Source: Pseudomonadota bacterium (GTDB lineage Bacteria; Pseudomonadota; Gammaproteobacteria; Burkholderiales; Burkholderiaceae_A). Taken from it: a stretch of 41,250 nt of DNA. Of the stretch, positions 21,060-30,307 are shown in pieces (the stretch's first letter is position 1; every line of letters begins with the position of its first letter). Position numbers and translations under genes: made by a program. The stretch covers positions 1-41,250 of the forward strand of contig JBJOGU010000107.1 of assembly GCA_046048075.1 (NCBI GenBank). The letters are read 5' to 3'. Under the pieces are notes generated by a model. It worked only from the letters and a program-made list of their open reading frames with translations. It did no database searches and was not told where the DNA came from.

Positions 21060-21824
21060 ATGCGCCCCAGTGGAAGAGCCAATGAAGTGATGCGCAGAAT
21101 TGAGTTTCATCGACACTTCACGAAGCATGCAGAGGGTTCCGTCTTGGTCTCCTTTGGCGACACTCGCGTTCTCTGCACCGCCAGTATTGAGGCCAAGGTG
21201 CCCGGGTTTCTTCGGGGACAGGGCAGGGGCTGGGTCACCGCTGAATACGGGATGTTGCCGCGTTCTACCCACACTCGCAGCGATCGAGAGGCGGCGCGAG
21301 GCAAGCAGGGTGGTCGAACCCTTGAAATTCAGCGTCTGATTGGACGTTGCCTTCGATCGGTGGTCGACCTTGAACGGCTCGGAGAGATCACTGTGACCTT
21401 GGACTGCGACGTCTTGCAGGCCGATGGCGGCACCCGCACTGCGAGTGTGACCGGGGCCTGGCTGGCGATGCACGACGCTCTGAGGGTTGCGCGCAAGGCG
21501 AGCGAATTCTCGGCGCTGGCCTCGAATTGGGAGGCGGCTATCCGGGATCAGGTCGCTGCGATCTCGGTCGGTGTGGTTCAAGGGGCGGTGGTCATTGATC
21601 TGGACTACCAGGAGGACTCGGGATGCGACACCGACATGAATATTGCAATGACGGGTTCGGGCGGTCTCGTTGAGATTCAGGGCACCGCCGAGGGCGCACC
21701 TTTCTCGCGCGAGGATCTCAACAACATGATGGGGTTGGCGGCCGCAGGGCTTGCTCGAATACACGGTCTCCAACGTCGACTGGCCGATGATTCCTCCATT
21801 CTTACAGCGGTGATTGAGGGCTAG
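21060..21824 (+). CDS. rph: Ribonuclease PH
   Basis: [54 protein letters not shown]. Confidence 0.96.
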   Translation: MRPSGRANEVMRRIEFHRHFTKHAEGSVLVSFGDTRVLCTASIEAKVPGFLRGQGRGWVTAEYGMLPRSTHTRSDREAARGKQGGRTLEIQRLIGRCLRSVVDLERLGEITVTLDCDVLQADGGTRTASVTGAWLAMHDALRVARKASEFSALASNWEAAIRDQVAAISVGVVQGAVVIDLDYQEDSGCDTDMNIAMTGSGGLVEIQGTAEGAPFSREDLNNMMGLAAAGLARIHGLQRRLADDSSILTAVIEG

Positions 21825-21826
21825 AC

Positions 21827-22492
21827 TTGCAGCGTTGGGTGCTTGCTAGCTCAAACTCGGGGAAGCTACTTGAGCTTGCTCACGTCACGGCCGACTGGGG
21901 CGTGGAGTGGGAGAGTAGTGGTGCGCTGGGCCTTGCCGCCCCCGAGGAAATCCACAACACCTTTCTTGAGAATGCCTTGCTCAAGGCCCGAAAGGCCAGT
22001 CAGGCCAGTGGGCGTCCCGCCTTGGCGGATGACTCGGGGCTGCTGGTCGATGCACTCTTCGGCGCACCAGGAGTCTGGTCGGCCGACTTCTTCGAGCAAC
22101 GCGAGTCGATCGCCGCCCACTTTGGTCTGGCTTTGCCCAGGCTCGACTCAGAGGCCGCTGCGCGCATCTCCCGAATGGACCGAGACGCTGCCAATCGTGC
22201 CTGGTTGTTGGCCATGCTCGATGATGTTTCGGTTGATGAGCGTGGTGCCGAGTTTGTTTGCGTCTTGGTTGGCGTCCGTTCGCACAACGATCCGCTTCCG
22301 ATGGTGAGCATGGGACGCTGGCGGGGTTCGATCGCGATGGCTGAGCGAGGCAATGCCGGCTTTGGTTACGACCGCCTCTTTGTCGATCGGGTGTCGGGGG
22401 TGCATGCGGCCGAGATGAGTTTGGCCGAGAAACACGATCGAGGGCATCGGGGCCAGGCGCTGCGCGGGCTTTCTCAATGGTTTTGCCCCTGA
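21827..22492 (+). CDS. rdgB: Non-canonical purine NTP pyrophosphatase RdgB/HAM1 family (divergent)
   Basis: LASSNSGK, TFLENALLKAR, ADDSGL.VDAL.GAPG, GFGYD, HRGQAL. TTG start. Sits between rph and hemW. Confidence 0.88.
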   Translation: MQRWVLASSNSGKLLELAHVTADWGVEWESSGALGLAAPEEIHNTFLENALLKARKASQASGRPALADDSGLLVDALFGAPGVWSADFFEQRESIAAHFGLALPRLDSEAAARISRMDRDAANRAWLLAMLDDVSVDERGAEFVCVLVGVRSHNDPLPMVSMGRWRGSIAMAERGNAGFGYDRLFVDRVSGVHAAEMSLAEKHDRGHRGQALRGLSQWFCP

Positions 22493-23670
22493 GGTCCAAT
22501 CCCGCTGACTTGAGAACGGTTGGCCCCACCGATGTTCCGCTGGGGCTCTACATTCACCTGCCTTGGTGCATCAAGAAGTGCCCGTATTGCGACTTCAACT
22601 CCCACGAAAGTCGGGGCCAGGCACCACTCGACACCTATATCGACTCAGTGGCGTTGGACCTTGAGCAGGCACTGCCCATGGTCTGGGGTCGAGCGGTGAA
22701 GTTTGTTTTCATCGGGGGGGGGACTCCCAACCTCCTCACAGCGGCGCAGCTCGACCGGCTCCTCACCTCTGTGAGAGCGCGCCTGCCCATCGAATCGGGT
22801 GCAGAGATTACGATGGAAGCCAATCCCGGTGCGACCGAGCCACTTGCCTTCCAAGGCTATCGGGAGTGCGGCGTCAATCGGCTCTCGATTGGCGTTCAGA
22901 CCTTCGACTCCGCGGCCCTGCATCGAATCGGTCGCGTTCATGATTCTCGCGAGGCAGAGGCAGCGGTGGAGTCGGCGGTGTCCATATTCGAGCGTGTGAA
23001 TGTCGATCTGATGTACGGACTTCCCAATCAAACCCTACAGGCAGCGCTCGATGACCTTGGCCGAGCCATTCGCTCTGGGGTTGGTCATATCTCGCATTAT
23101 CAATTGACCATGGAGCCTAATACGGTCTTCGCCAATCGACCACCGAGTGGCTTGCCCGATGAGGAGATGATCGAGGCCATTGAGTCCGAGGGCCGCGGCT
23201 TGCTGGCCGATGCAGGATTCGCCCGTTATGAGGTCTCTGCCTTTGCCCGCAAAGGGCAACCATGCCGACACAACCTGAATTACTGGCAATTCGGAGACTA
23301 CCTTGGCTTGGGGGCAGGGGCCCATTCAAAGCTCAGCCTTCCCCTCGAGGGAATTTTTCGGCACAACAACACCCGGCGCCCGGAGGACTACATGCGACTG
23401 GTTGGCGAGGGCAAAGGCATGCACCGACGAATTGAGTTGGTGAGCACCGAGAGGCTTGGGTTTGAGTTCATGCTCAACGCCTTGAGACTCACGGCTGGGT
23501 TTGAGGCCAGTCTGTTCGAGGCTCGAACTGGTCGGCCATTGGCCGAGGTGCTCGATGGAGTCTCGGTGGCCGAGCGCCGGGGGCTCCTGCAGCGAGATCG
23601 GGGCGGTTGGGTGCCCACCGCCCTCGGTCTGCGCTTCCTCAATGACCTACAGATGCTCTTCATGCACTAG
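22477..23670 (+). CDS. hemW: Radical SAM heme chaperone HemW
   Basis: LYIHLPWCIKKCPYCDFNSH, GGGTP, EITMEANP, YEVSAF, HNLNYW.FGDYLGLGAGAH. Overlaps rdgB by 16 nt. Confidence 0.93.
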   Translation: MVLPLRSNPADLRTVGPTDVPLGLYIHLPWCIKKCPYCDFNSHESRGQAPLDTYIDSVALDLEQALPMVWGRAVKFVFIGGGTPNLLTAAQLDRLLTSVRARLPIESGAEITMEANPGATEPLAFQGYRECGVNRLSIGVQTFDSAALHRIGRVHDSREAEAAVESAVSIFERVNVDLMYGLPNQTLQAALDDLGRAIRSGVGHISHYQLTMEPNTVFANRPPSGLPDEEMIEAIESEGRGLLADAGFARYEVSAFARKGQPCRHNLNYWQFGDYLGLGAGAHSKLSLPLEGIFRHNNTRRPEDYMRLVGEGKGMHRRIELVSTERLGFEFMLNALRLTAGFEASLFEARTGRPLAEVLDGVSVAERRGLLQRDRGGWVPTALGLRFLNDLQMLFMH

Positions 23671-23721
23671 AGTAGTGCTATCTGCTTTATAGTTGTGCGT
23701 AAACCGCATTTTATTGGTGCG
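23663..23721. promoter_or_regulatory. Three NtrC enhancer-type sites upstream of glnA
   Basis: TGCACTA-GAG-TAGTGCT (23663-23679), TGCTTTA-TAG-TTGTGCG (23683-23699) and CGCATTT-TAT-TGGTGCG (23705-23721), compared with consensus TGCACCA-N3-TGGTGCA. Confidence 0.75.
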
Positions 23722-23752
23722 AGAAAACCTCCGCCTCCTCAAGCAATCATCT

Positions 23753-23765
23753 TAAACCATTGTTT
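23753..23765 (-). promoter_or_regulatory. Putative IHF site
   Basis: Minus strand AAACAATGGTTTA versus WATCAANNNNTTR (one mismatch). Lies in an AT tract between the NtrC sites and the sigma54 promoter. Confidence 0.5.
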
Positions 23766-23804
23766 TTTATATAAATTTTCTTGGATAGGGATTTGGGCCG
23801 CTGG

Positions 23805-23820
23805 TGGCACGGAATCTGCA
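23805..23820 (+). promoter_or_regulatory. Sigma54 (-24/-12) promoter of glnA
   Basis: TGGCACG-GAAT-CTGCA, with GG at 23806-7 and GC at 23818-9 in canonical spacing. Confidence 0.85.
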
Positions 23821-23897
23821 CTCTAATGTCGCAGGGCGACGGACCGACGTTTCGCGCCTATTCAACAATTTAGTCAACCCCCATGGAGACGTGTTCG

Positions 23898-25310
23898 ATG
23901 GCCAGTTCAAAAGATGTCTTGAAAATGATTAAGGACAACGACGTTAAGTTCGTTGATTTTCGTTTCACTGATACCCGTGGGAAAGAGCAACACGTCTCCG
24001 TCCCTACCAAGATGGTCGATGAGGACAAGTTTGAGTTCGGGCATGCCTTTGACGGATCGTCGATCGCGGGTTGGAAAGGCATTGAGGCCTCGGACATGCT
24101 GCTCATGCCCGACCCTGCCACCGCTGTGATGGATCCCTTCCGCGAGGAAGCCACCCTGAATTTGACTTGCGATGTCGTGGAGCCTTCAGATGGCAAGGGC
24201 TACGATCTGGATCCGCGCTCGATTGCGAAACGCGCAGAAGCTTTCCTTAAGGCCTCGGGCGTGGGTGACACCGCTTATTTTGGTCCGGAGCCCGAGTTTT
24301 TCATTTTCGATGGCGTTACATGGAACGTGGACATGTCGGGCTCTTCCGTGAAGATCAAGTCGGAAGAGGCCTCCTGGTCATCGGGAATCGAGTACGAAGG
24401 CGGTAACCTGGCCCACCGGCCGGCCGTGAAGGGCGGCTATTTCCCTGTGCCACCCGTCGACTCGTTCCAAGACATCCGGTCCGAGATGTGCCTGATTCTT
24501 GAGCAGATGGGCGTGCCCGTCGAGGTTCACCACCATGAGGTGGCGGGCCCTGGGCAGTGCGAGATTGGCACCAAGTTCTCAACCCTTACTCAACGTGCCG
24601 ACTGGACTCAGATTCTGAAATACGTGGTCCACAACGTTGCTGCAAGCTACGGCAAGACCGCTACGTTCATGCCCAAGCCTGTCGTTGGCGACAACGGTTC
24701 GGGTATGCATTGCCACCAGTCCATCTGGAAAGACGGTCAGAACCTCTTTGCAGGAAATGGCTATGCTGGACTCTCCGATTTCGCGCTCCACTACATCGGC
24801 GGCATCATCAAGCACGCCCGTGCGCTCAACGCCATTACCAATCCTGGAACCAACAGCTACAAGCGTTTGGTGCCCGGATTTGAAGCGCCGGTGAAGCTCG
24901 CCTACTCGGCTCGCAACCGCTCGGCATCCATTCGCATCCCATACGTCTCGAATCCCAAGGGTCGCCGAATCGAGGTCCGTTTCCCAGACCCCACGGCCAA
25001 CCCATACCTTGCCTTCGCCGCCATGATGATGGCTGGTCTCGATGGGGTGATGAACAAGATTCACCCGGGGGACCCTGCCGACAAGAACCTCTATGACCTG
25101 CCCCCTGAAGAGGACAAGAAGATTCCCACCGTCTGCTCCTCCCTTGACATGGCACTCGAAGCGCTCGACAAGGACCGGGAGTTCCTGACCCGAGGCGGTG
25201 TGTTCAGCGACGGCATGATTGACGCCTACATCAACCTCAAGATGGACGAGGTCACTCGTTTCCGGATGACCACGCACCCGGTGGAATTCGATATGTACTA
25301 CTCGCTGTAA
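23898..25310 (+). CDS. glnA: Glutamine synthetase type I
   Basis: [45 protein letters not shown], adenylylation site [21 protein letters not shown] 23898 with GGAG SD. Confidence 0.98.
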   Translation: MASSKDVLKMIKDNDVKFVDFRFTDTRGKEQHVSVPTKMVDEDKFEFGHAFDGSSIAGWKGIEASDMLLMPDPATAVMDPFREEATLNLTCDVVEPSDGKGYDLDPRSIAKRAEAFLKASGVGDTAYFGPEPEFFIFDGVTWNVDMSGSSVKIKSEEASWSSGIEYEGGNLAHRPAVKGGYFPVPPVDSFQDIRSEMCLILEQMGVPVEVHHHEVAGPGQCEIGTKFSTLTQRADWTQILKYVVHNVAASYGKTATFMPKPVVGDNGSGMHCHQSIWKDGQNLFAGNGYAGLSDFALHYIGGIIKHARALNAITNPGTNSYKRLVPGFEAPVKLAYSARNRSASIRIPYVSNPKGRRIEVRFPDPTANPYLAFAAMMMAGLDGVMNKIHPGDPADKNLYDLPPEEDKKIPTVCSSLDMALEALDKDREFLTRGGVFSDGMIDAYINLKMDEVTRFRMTTHPVEFDMYYSL

Positions 25311-25350
25311 GGATGCCGGATCGGGCCCGCCTCGACATGCAGGTGAAGGC

Positions 25351-25386
25351 AAGAGAGGGGGCGGTCATCCGCCCCCTTTTCTTTTC
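25351..25386 (+). terminator. Intrinsic terminator between glnA and ntrB
   Basis: AGGGGGCGG-TCAT-CCGCCCCCT followed by TTTCTTTT. Confidence 0.8.
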
Positions 25387-25387
25387 A

Positions 25388-26494
25388 ATGTCTATGTTGA
25401 ATCAACCTATCAATCCGCTCGACCTTCTGAGCACTGCTGTATTGCTCGTCGATACGCATGGTGAAGTTGTTCAGGCGAACCTTGCTGCCGAGAACCTTCT
25501 GGGTCAAGCCGCCCATCAGTTGATCGGACAGCCTCTCGAGGGGCTAGTGGTTCATCCGAGTGAGGTCATGACGGGATGGAGTCAGGGCGAGGAAATGGGT
25601 GTGGTGGTTCGGCGTCTGCAGACCCGTTGGTTCGTGTCGTCGCCCGCCGAGGGGCGAATCGATCGAGTCCTCGATACCGCCATCAATGTGCTGGATGAGC
25701 CGGGCTTGTCGGTCGCGGTGGAAATGCGCGAGCCCGATGCAGCCCAGAGGGTCGATCGAGAGGAGCGTCAGGCGGTCTTCATGCAGATGAATCAGTCGCT
25801 GCTTCGGAATCTAGGACACGAGGTTAAGAACCCACTCGGAGGAATACGGGGGGCGGCGCAACTCCTCGATGCGGAACTGCCGACCAGGGAGCTCAAGGAG
25901 TACACCCAGGTCATTATCAAAGAGTCCGATCGACTCCAGGCCCTGGTCGATCGCATGCTCGCGCCGGTGCGGCGAAGCCGATCCCCGCAATCTGTGAATA
26001 TTCACGAGGTTCTTGAGCGTGTCAGGACACTGGTCTTGTCGGAATTCTCGGATGCCCTGGTGATCCAGCGGGACTACGACACGAGTCTCCCCGAGATCGA
26101 GGGTGACTTGGAGCGGCTCATCCAGGCCGTACTCAACATTGTGCGCAATGCGGCCCAGGCAATTGCCTCGCAATCAGACCGCACCGAACCAGGGCGAATT
26201 CTGCTCCGAACGAGGGCGGACAGGCAGGTCACTCTCCACCGACAGCGCTATCGCTTGGGCTTGCATCTCACCGTTCGTGACAATGGCCCGGGCATCCCAG
26301 AGGCGATTCGAGATGAGATTTTTTATCCCTTGGTTTCTGGTAACCCCCAGGGCCATGGGCTTGGCTTAACTCTTGCTCAGAGCATCGTGCACCAGCATGG
26401 GGGAACGATTGACTGCTCGAGCGCCTCGGCGGGGACGGCCTTCGACATCGTACTTCCCGTCGGCCTGCCCGTTCAGAAGGAGTGGATTCGATGA
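25388..26494 (+). CDS. ntrB: Nitrogen regulation sensor kinase NtrB (GlnL)
   Basis: N-terminal PAS, H-box LGHEVKNPLGGIRGAAQLL, DYDTSLPE, DNGPGIP, G.GLGL. Start uncertain (25388 or 25394; frame open from 25313). Confidence 0.93.
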   Translation: MSMLNQPINPLDLLSTAVLLVDTHGEVVQANLAAENLLGQAAHQLIGQPLEGLVVHPSEVMTGWSQGEEMGVVVRRLQTRWFVSSPAEGRIDRVLDTAINVLDEPGLSVAVEMREPDAAQRVDREERQAVFMQMNQSLLRNLGHEVKNPLGGIRGAAQLLDAELPTRELKEYTQVIIKESDRLQALVDRMLAPVRRSRSPQSVNIHEVLERVRTLVLSEFSDALVIQRDYDTSLPEIEGDLERLIQAVLNIVRNAAQAIASQSDRTEPGRILLRTRADRQVTLHRQRYRLGLHLTVRDNGPGIPEAIRDEIFYPLVSGNPQGHGLGLTLAQSIVHQHGGTIDCSSASAGTAFDIVLPVGLPVQKEWIR

Positions 26495-28080
26495 AACCGG
26501 TTTGGATTGTTGATGACGACGCGTCTATTCGATGGGTCCTCGAGAAGGCGCTTCGCAAGGCGGAGATTGATTGTCGATTGTTCGATTCGGCCAATGAGGC
26601 GATGCGTGCGCTGCAGTCGGAGTCGCCTCAGGTCTTGGTCTCTGACATTCGCATGCCCGGTCAGAGCGGACTGGAGTTACTCGAGCAGGTGAAGGCAAGG
26701 CTGCCGGATCTGCCGGTCATCATCATGACGGGGTTCTCGGACCTTGACAGCGCAGTTTCAGCATTCCAAGGAGGGGCCTTCGAGTATCTCTCGAAGCCAT
26801 TCGATGTCGATGAAGCCACCGCCCTGATTCGCCGGGCCGTGCGAGAGTCGCATCCGATCAATGGGACCTCCTCCATGGCCATGGGCCAGTCGCTCGAGAT
26901 GTTGGGCCATGCCCCGGCCATGCAAGAAGTCTTCAGGGCTATCGGACGTTTGTCACAGTCGTCGGCCACGGTGCTGATCACAGGAGAGTCCGGCACAGGA
27001 AAGGAGCTCGTTGCATCGGCGCTCCACAAGCACAGCCCTCGAGCGGAGATGCCATTCGTTGCTCTCAATACCGCCGCGATCCCCCATGATTTGCTGGAGT
27101 CTGAGTTGTTTGGACATGAGCGGGGTTCTTTCACCGGCGCGCAGGCACAGCGTCGGGGTCGATTTGAGCAGGCCGAGGGCGGCACACTGTTTTTAGATGA
27201 GATCGGTGACATGCCGCTTGATCTTCAGACTCGTCTCTTGCGTGTGTTGTCCGATGGGCACTTTTATCGCGTGGGAGGTCACCAGCCACTGAAGGCGAAT
27301 GTCCGCGTGATTGCGGCTACGCATCAGAACCTCGAGCAGCGTGTGGCCGAGGGACGCTTTAGAGAGGACCTCTTTCATCGTCTCAATGTGATTCGGCTTC
27401 GCCTTCCTCCACTCCGTGAGAGGCGCGAGGATATTCCGGATCTGGTGCGATTCTTTCTGTCACGCTCGGCCAAAACACTGGGTGTGGAGATGAAGCAACT
27501 ATCGGACGATGCCCTCTCGTTGGTCTGCAGGCAGAGCTTTCCAGGCAACGTGAGGCAACTTGAAAACCTATGCCACTGGATATCGGTTATGGCTCCGAGC
27601 AATCTTGTGGAGCCCAATGACCTGCCGCCTGAGATGCAGTCCATCTCCATTGGTCAGCCTCATGACGCAAGTTCCGGCCCACCCGTTGCGATGGCTGCGG
27701 GTCTCGCAACGCCCGATCCCCAACGAACGGCTGCCCAGGGGCAGACCGGTTCGACTCAGACGGGTCTGTTGCAGCGGTCCGAATCGGCCTTTCTAGAGCC
27801 GTCACCTGCCTGGCTAAGCGAACTCGAGCGTATGGTGGAGAGCGCACTGCGGGGACCCCTCACCGAGGAGGCCCAGCGTTGTGGGGGTCGAATGGGATGG
27901 TGGTCCCGGGAATTTGAGTCGGTGATCTATCGCGCTGCACTCAAGCACACACGCGGCCGGCGAATAGAAGCCTCTCAACTACTCGGCGTGGGTCGCAACA
28001 CCATTACGCGAAAAATTCAGGAACTCTCGTTGGAGTCGAGTTCATCCGGAGATGAGACCGGAGGTCGGGCCAGCAAGTAA
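26491..28080 (+). CDS. ntrC: Nitrogen regulation protein NtrC (GlnG), sigma54 activator
   Basis: MKPVWIVDDD receiver with SDIRMPG, GESGTGKE, GSFTGA variant of GAFTGA, LFLDEIGDM, HTH ..LLGVGRNTITRKIQEL. ATGA overlap with ntrB. Confidence 0.96.
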   Translation: MKPVWIVDDDASIRWVLEKALRKAEIDCRLFDSANEAMRALQSESPQVLVSDIRMPGQSGLELLEQVKARLPDLPVIIMTGFSDLDSAVSAFQGGAFEYLSKPFDVDEATALIRRAVRESHPINGTSSMAMGQSLEMLGHAPAMQEVFRAIGRLSQSSATVLITGESGTGKELVASALHKHSPRAEMPFVALNTAAIPHDLLESELFGHERGSFTGAQAQRRGRFEQAEGGTLFLDEIGDMPLDLQTRLLRVLSDGHFYRVGGHQPLKANVRVIAATHQNLEQRVAEGRFREDLFHRLNVIRLRLPPLRERREDIPDLVRFFLSRSAKTLGVEMKQLSDDALSLVCRQSFPGNVRQLENLCHWISVMAPSNLVEPNDLPPEMQSISIGQPHDASSGPPVAMAAGLATPDPQRTAAQGQTGSTQTGLLQRSESAFLEPSPAWLSELERMVESALRGPLTEEAQRCGGRMGWWSREFESVIYRAALKHTRGRRIEASQLLGVGRNTITRKIQELSLESSSSGDETGGRASK

Positions 28081-28331
28081 GTCATGGCACTCGAGAGTGC
28101 GCTGAAGGCCCAGAAGACCATAAATCCAATTCCGTAGGACTCGTGGCGACCGACCTCGATGGGCTCGCCGAATACGAGCATCTCGGCAGGATCCAAGGCG
28201 GAAAAGAATAGCCCGGTCATCGCAGCGGCCGAAAGGAATGAAGGCCAGAAAATACTCATCGCTGCAATGGCGACCGGAGGCGTCTTTCTTGGGTCGGAGA
28301 CGACCCCGGGTTTGTATTCCACCATGCTCAT
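28017..28331 (-). CDS. Small two-TM membrane protein at the end of the cbb3 cluster, function unknown
   Basis: ATGA-coupled to ccoH. WPSFLSAAAMTGLFFSALDP and YGIGFMVFWAF hydrophobic segments. Resembles small hypothetical genes that follow fixH in betaproteobacterial cco clusters. Confidence 0.75.
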   Translation of the reverse strand: MSMVEYKPGVVSDPRKTPPVAIAAMSIFWPSFLSAAAMTGLFFSALDPAEMLVFGEPIEVGRHESYGIGFMVFWAFSALSSAMTYLLARPPVSSPDELDSNESS

Positions 28332-28834
28332 TGTTGTGTTCCTTCCGTTGTCACTTCGAGGCGTCCTCTGACGCGCCACTGTCCGTTGGCGTCCTCGATG
28401 GCACTGTGCCAATTGCCTGCGCCTAGATTCGAAATCTGGGTCTGATAGATCCCGGGCGCAATCTGAACCAATGAAGCACTGATGTCTCGGTCTGCCAGCG
28501 TTGGGTGAGCGAGCTGCATTCTTAGATGATCAGGAACAACAGCGGCGGAATCGGCAGCCTTGAAGTGCACCTTTATTCGGATCAGGTCACCATCGACGCG
28601 ACGCCATTCAGTCTGTAGGACAATTCCCAACCGCTCGGCCTCCTTGTCTTTGGCCAGGCGCTGATTAATGCCTTTTCCTTGTTTGGTGTAATCGTCGGCC
28701 ACCAGTGAGTCTGTGGTGTTGGCTGCAATATAGAGGGTATAGATACTCGCAACAACAGTGACCGTAAGAAGGCCAATCACAATCCATGGCCAGGGCTGCT
28801 TCCACCAGATCTCGGGACTTGAAGGATGGCTCAT
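28328..28834 (-). CDS. ccoH: FixH/CcoH cbb3 assembly protein
   Basis: WWKQPWPW N-terminal TM, DSLVADDYTKQGKGINQ, HPTLADRD. Follows ccoG. Confidence 0.87.
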   Translation of the reverse strand: MSHPSSPEIWWKQPWPWIVIGLLTVTVVASIYTLYIAANTTDSLVADDYTKQGKGINQRLAKDKEAERLGIVLQTEWRRVDGDLIRIKVHFKAADSAAVVPDHLRMQLAHPTLADRDISASLVQIAPGIYQTQISNLGAGNWHSAIEDANGQWRVRGRLEVTTEGTQQ

Positions 28835-28845
28835 CGGTTGGTCTT

Positions 28846-30285
28846 TCAGCGAGGAATAAAGAAGGCCGCTTTTTCAGAGACGGACAGTCCGGGGTCGTCT
28901 TTCGCAGTGACATCAATTCGAATCTTATGTGAGCCCTTTTGCAGCTGCTCAACGTTGGCCAGTGGCAACTGCAGACTAATAATTGCCGTGCTGTTTTGTC
29001 CCCCTTCGACAAATACGTCGCTGTCTCCTGTGAGGGACAGCCCTTGGAGGCCCTGCGGCTTGATGATGAAACGATGCCCTTGATGCGAGCTGTTGGTGAT
29101 CTGAAGACGATAACTGTTTTCGATGAATTGGCCATCGACTTCTCGAGCCAACGCACCACGGTCTCTAATCACATTTACATTGAGAGGGACTCGAACCAAT
29201 AGGCTCACTGCCACGGTGAGCGAGAGGATGCCAATCACAATGGCGTAGATGACCACTCGTGGCCGCAGGAATCTTGATTTCACCTCCGCGGGGGTGAGTC
29301 GATGCTCAAGGGCGTTGAGCGTTGCATATCGCACCAAGCCACGGGGATAGTGCATGCGATCCATGATGGTGTTGCAGGCATCTGCGCAGAGGCCACAGCC
29401 AATACACTCGTATTGAAGTCCGTTTCGAATATCAATGCCCGTGGGACAGACTTCGACGCAGACACCGCAATCGATGCAGTCGCCCTTTCCGGTTGCGGTG
29501 TGGTTCTCCTCTTTGCTGCGCTTTCCGCGTGGCTCACCACGAGTCGTGTCGTAGCTCACAATCAGGGTGTCGCGGTCAAACATGGCGCTTTGAAAGCGTG
29601 CGTAGGGGCACATGTACTTGCAGACCTGCTCCCGCATGAAACCCGCCTGGAGCATTGTGAAGCCGGAGTAGAAGAGAAGCCAGAACCATTGCCAAGGGCC
29701 TAGTGACAGTTCCGCGATGCCCTGGCCGAGTTGTTGGATCGGCGTGAAGTAACCTGCAAAGGTAAATCCCGTCCATAAGGCGATAAGTGCCCAAACCAGC
29801 CATTTCAACGAGCGACGAGGGAGAAGTTGAATCAGCGGCTTCTCTCGGTCTCTTCGCATTCGAACGTGCCGGTCTCCCTCGATCCAACGCTCGACCTGCA
29901 TGAATATCGAGGTGTAGACCGTCTGTGGGCATGCATATCCGCAGAAGAGTCGACCAGCAATTGCGGTGAACAGGAAGAGCCCGAGGGCCGAGAGGAGCAG
30001 GAGGGCCGTGAGGTAGATGAAGTCCTGGGGAATCAGAACCAGGTCGAGAATGTAAAAACGCCGTGCTTCGAGGTCGAATAAAACAGCGGGCCGATCACCC
30101 CACGAGATCCAGGGGGTGATGTAGTAGACGAACTGGGTGATAAAAACAAAGACCCAGCGCCAGCTGTTGAAGCGGCCTTGGGTCGCCCGGGCGTAGATCT
30201 TCTTTCCCGCCGCATAGAGCAGGACGGTCTGGTCTTCTGATGCGATTCGGTCGGCTGCTTGTGCGCGTGGGTCCGAGGAGGACAT
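28846..30285 (-). CDS. ccoG: Cytochrome c oxidase accessory protein CcoG (FixG)
   Basis: GRLFCGYACPQTV, CKYMCPYARFQ, two 4Fe-4S motifs CIDCGVCVEVCP and CIGCGLCADAC. Confidence 0.95.
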   Translation of the reverse strand: MSSSDPRAQAADRIASEDQTVLLYAAGKKIYARATQGRFNSWRWVFVFITQFVYYITPWISWGDRPAVLFDLEARRFYILDLVLIPQDFIYLTALLLLSALGLFLFTAIAGRLFCGYACPQTVYTSIFMQVERWIEGDRHVRMRRDREKPLIQLLPRRSLKWLVWALIALWTGFTFAGYFTPIQQLGQGIAELSLGPWQWFWLLFYSGFTMLQAGFMREQVCKYMCPYARFQSAMFDRDTLIVSYDTTRGEPRGKRSKEENHTATGKGDCIDCGVCVEVCPTGIDIRNGLQYECIGCGLCADACNTIMDRMHYPRGLVRYATLNALEHRLTPAEVKSRFLRPRVVIYAIVIGILSLTVAVSLLVRVPLNVNVIRDRGALAREVDGQFIENSYRLQITNSSHQGHRFIIKPQGLQGLSLTGDSDVFVEGGQNSTAIISLQLPLANVEQLQKGSHKIRIDVTAKDDPGLSVSEKAAFFIPR

Positions 30286-30307
30286 TTAACTTGGGTCTAG
30301 AACGGGT

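Noticed and set aside
23680-23800. AT-rich tract suggesting foreign DNA
   Set aside because: Explained by the NtrC/IHF/sigma54 promoter of glnA.
24579-25352. 257-aa antisense ORF over glnA (likewise 21003-21773 over rph, 7475-8197 over nusA/infB, 40298-40999 over prlC/folD)
   Set aside because: Antisense shadows of well-conserved genes with no independent coding evidence.
27120-27145. NtrC GSFTGA instead of GAFTGA
   Set aside because: A known tolerated variant in sigma54 activators; the intact sigma54 promoter at glnA supports normal function.
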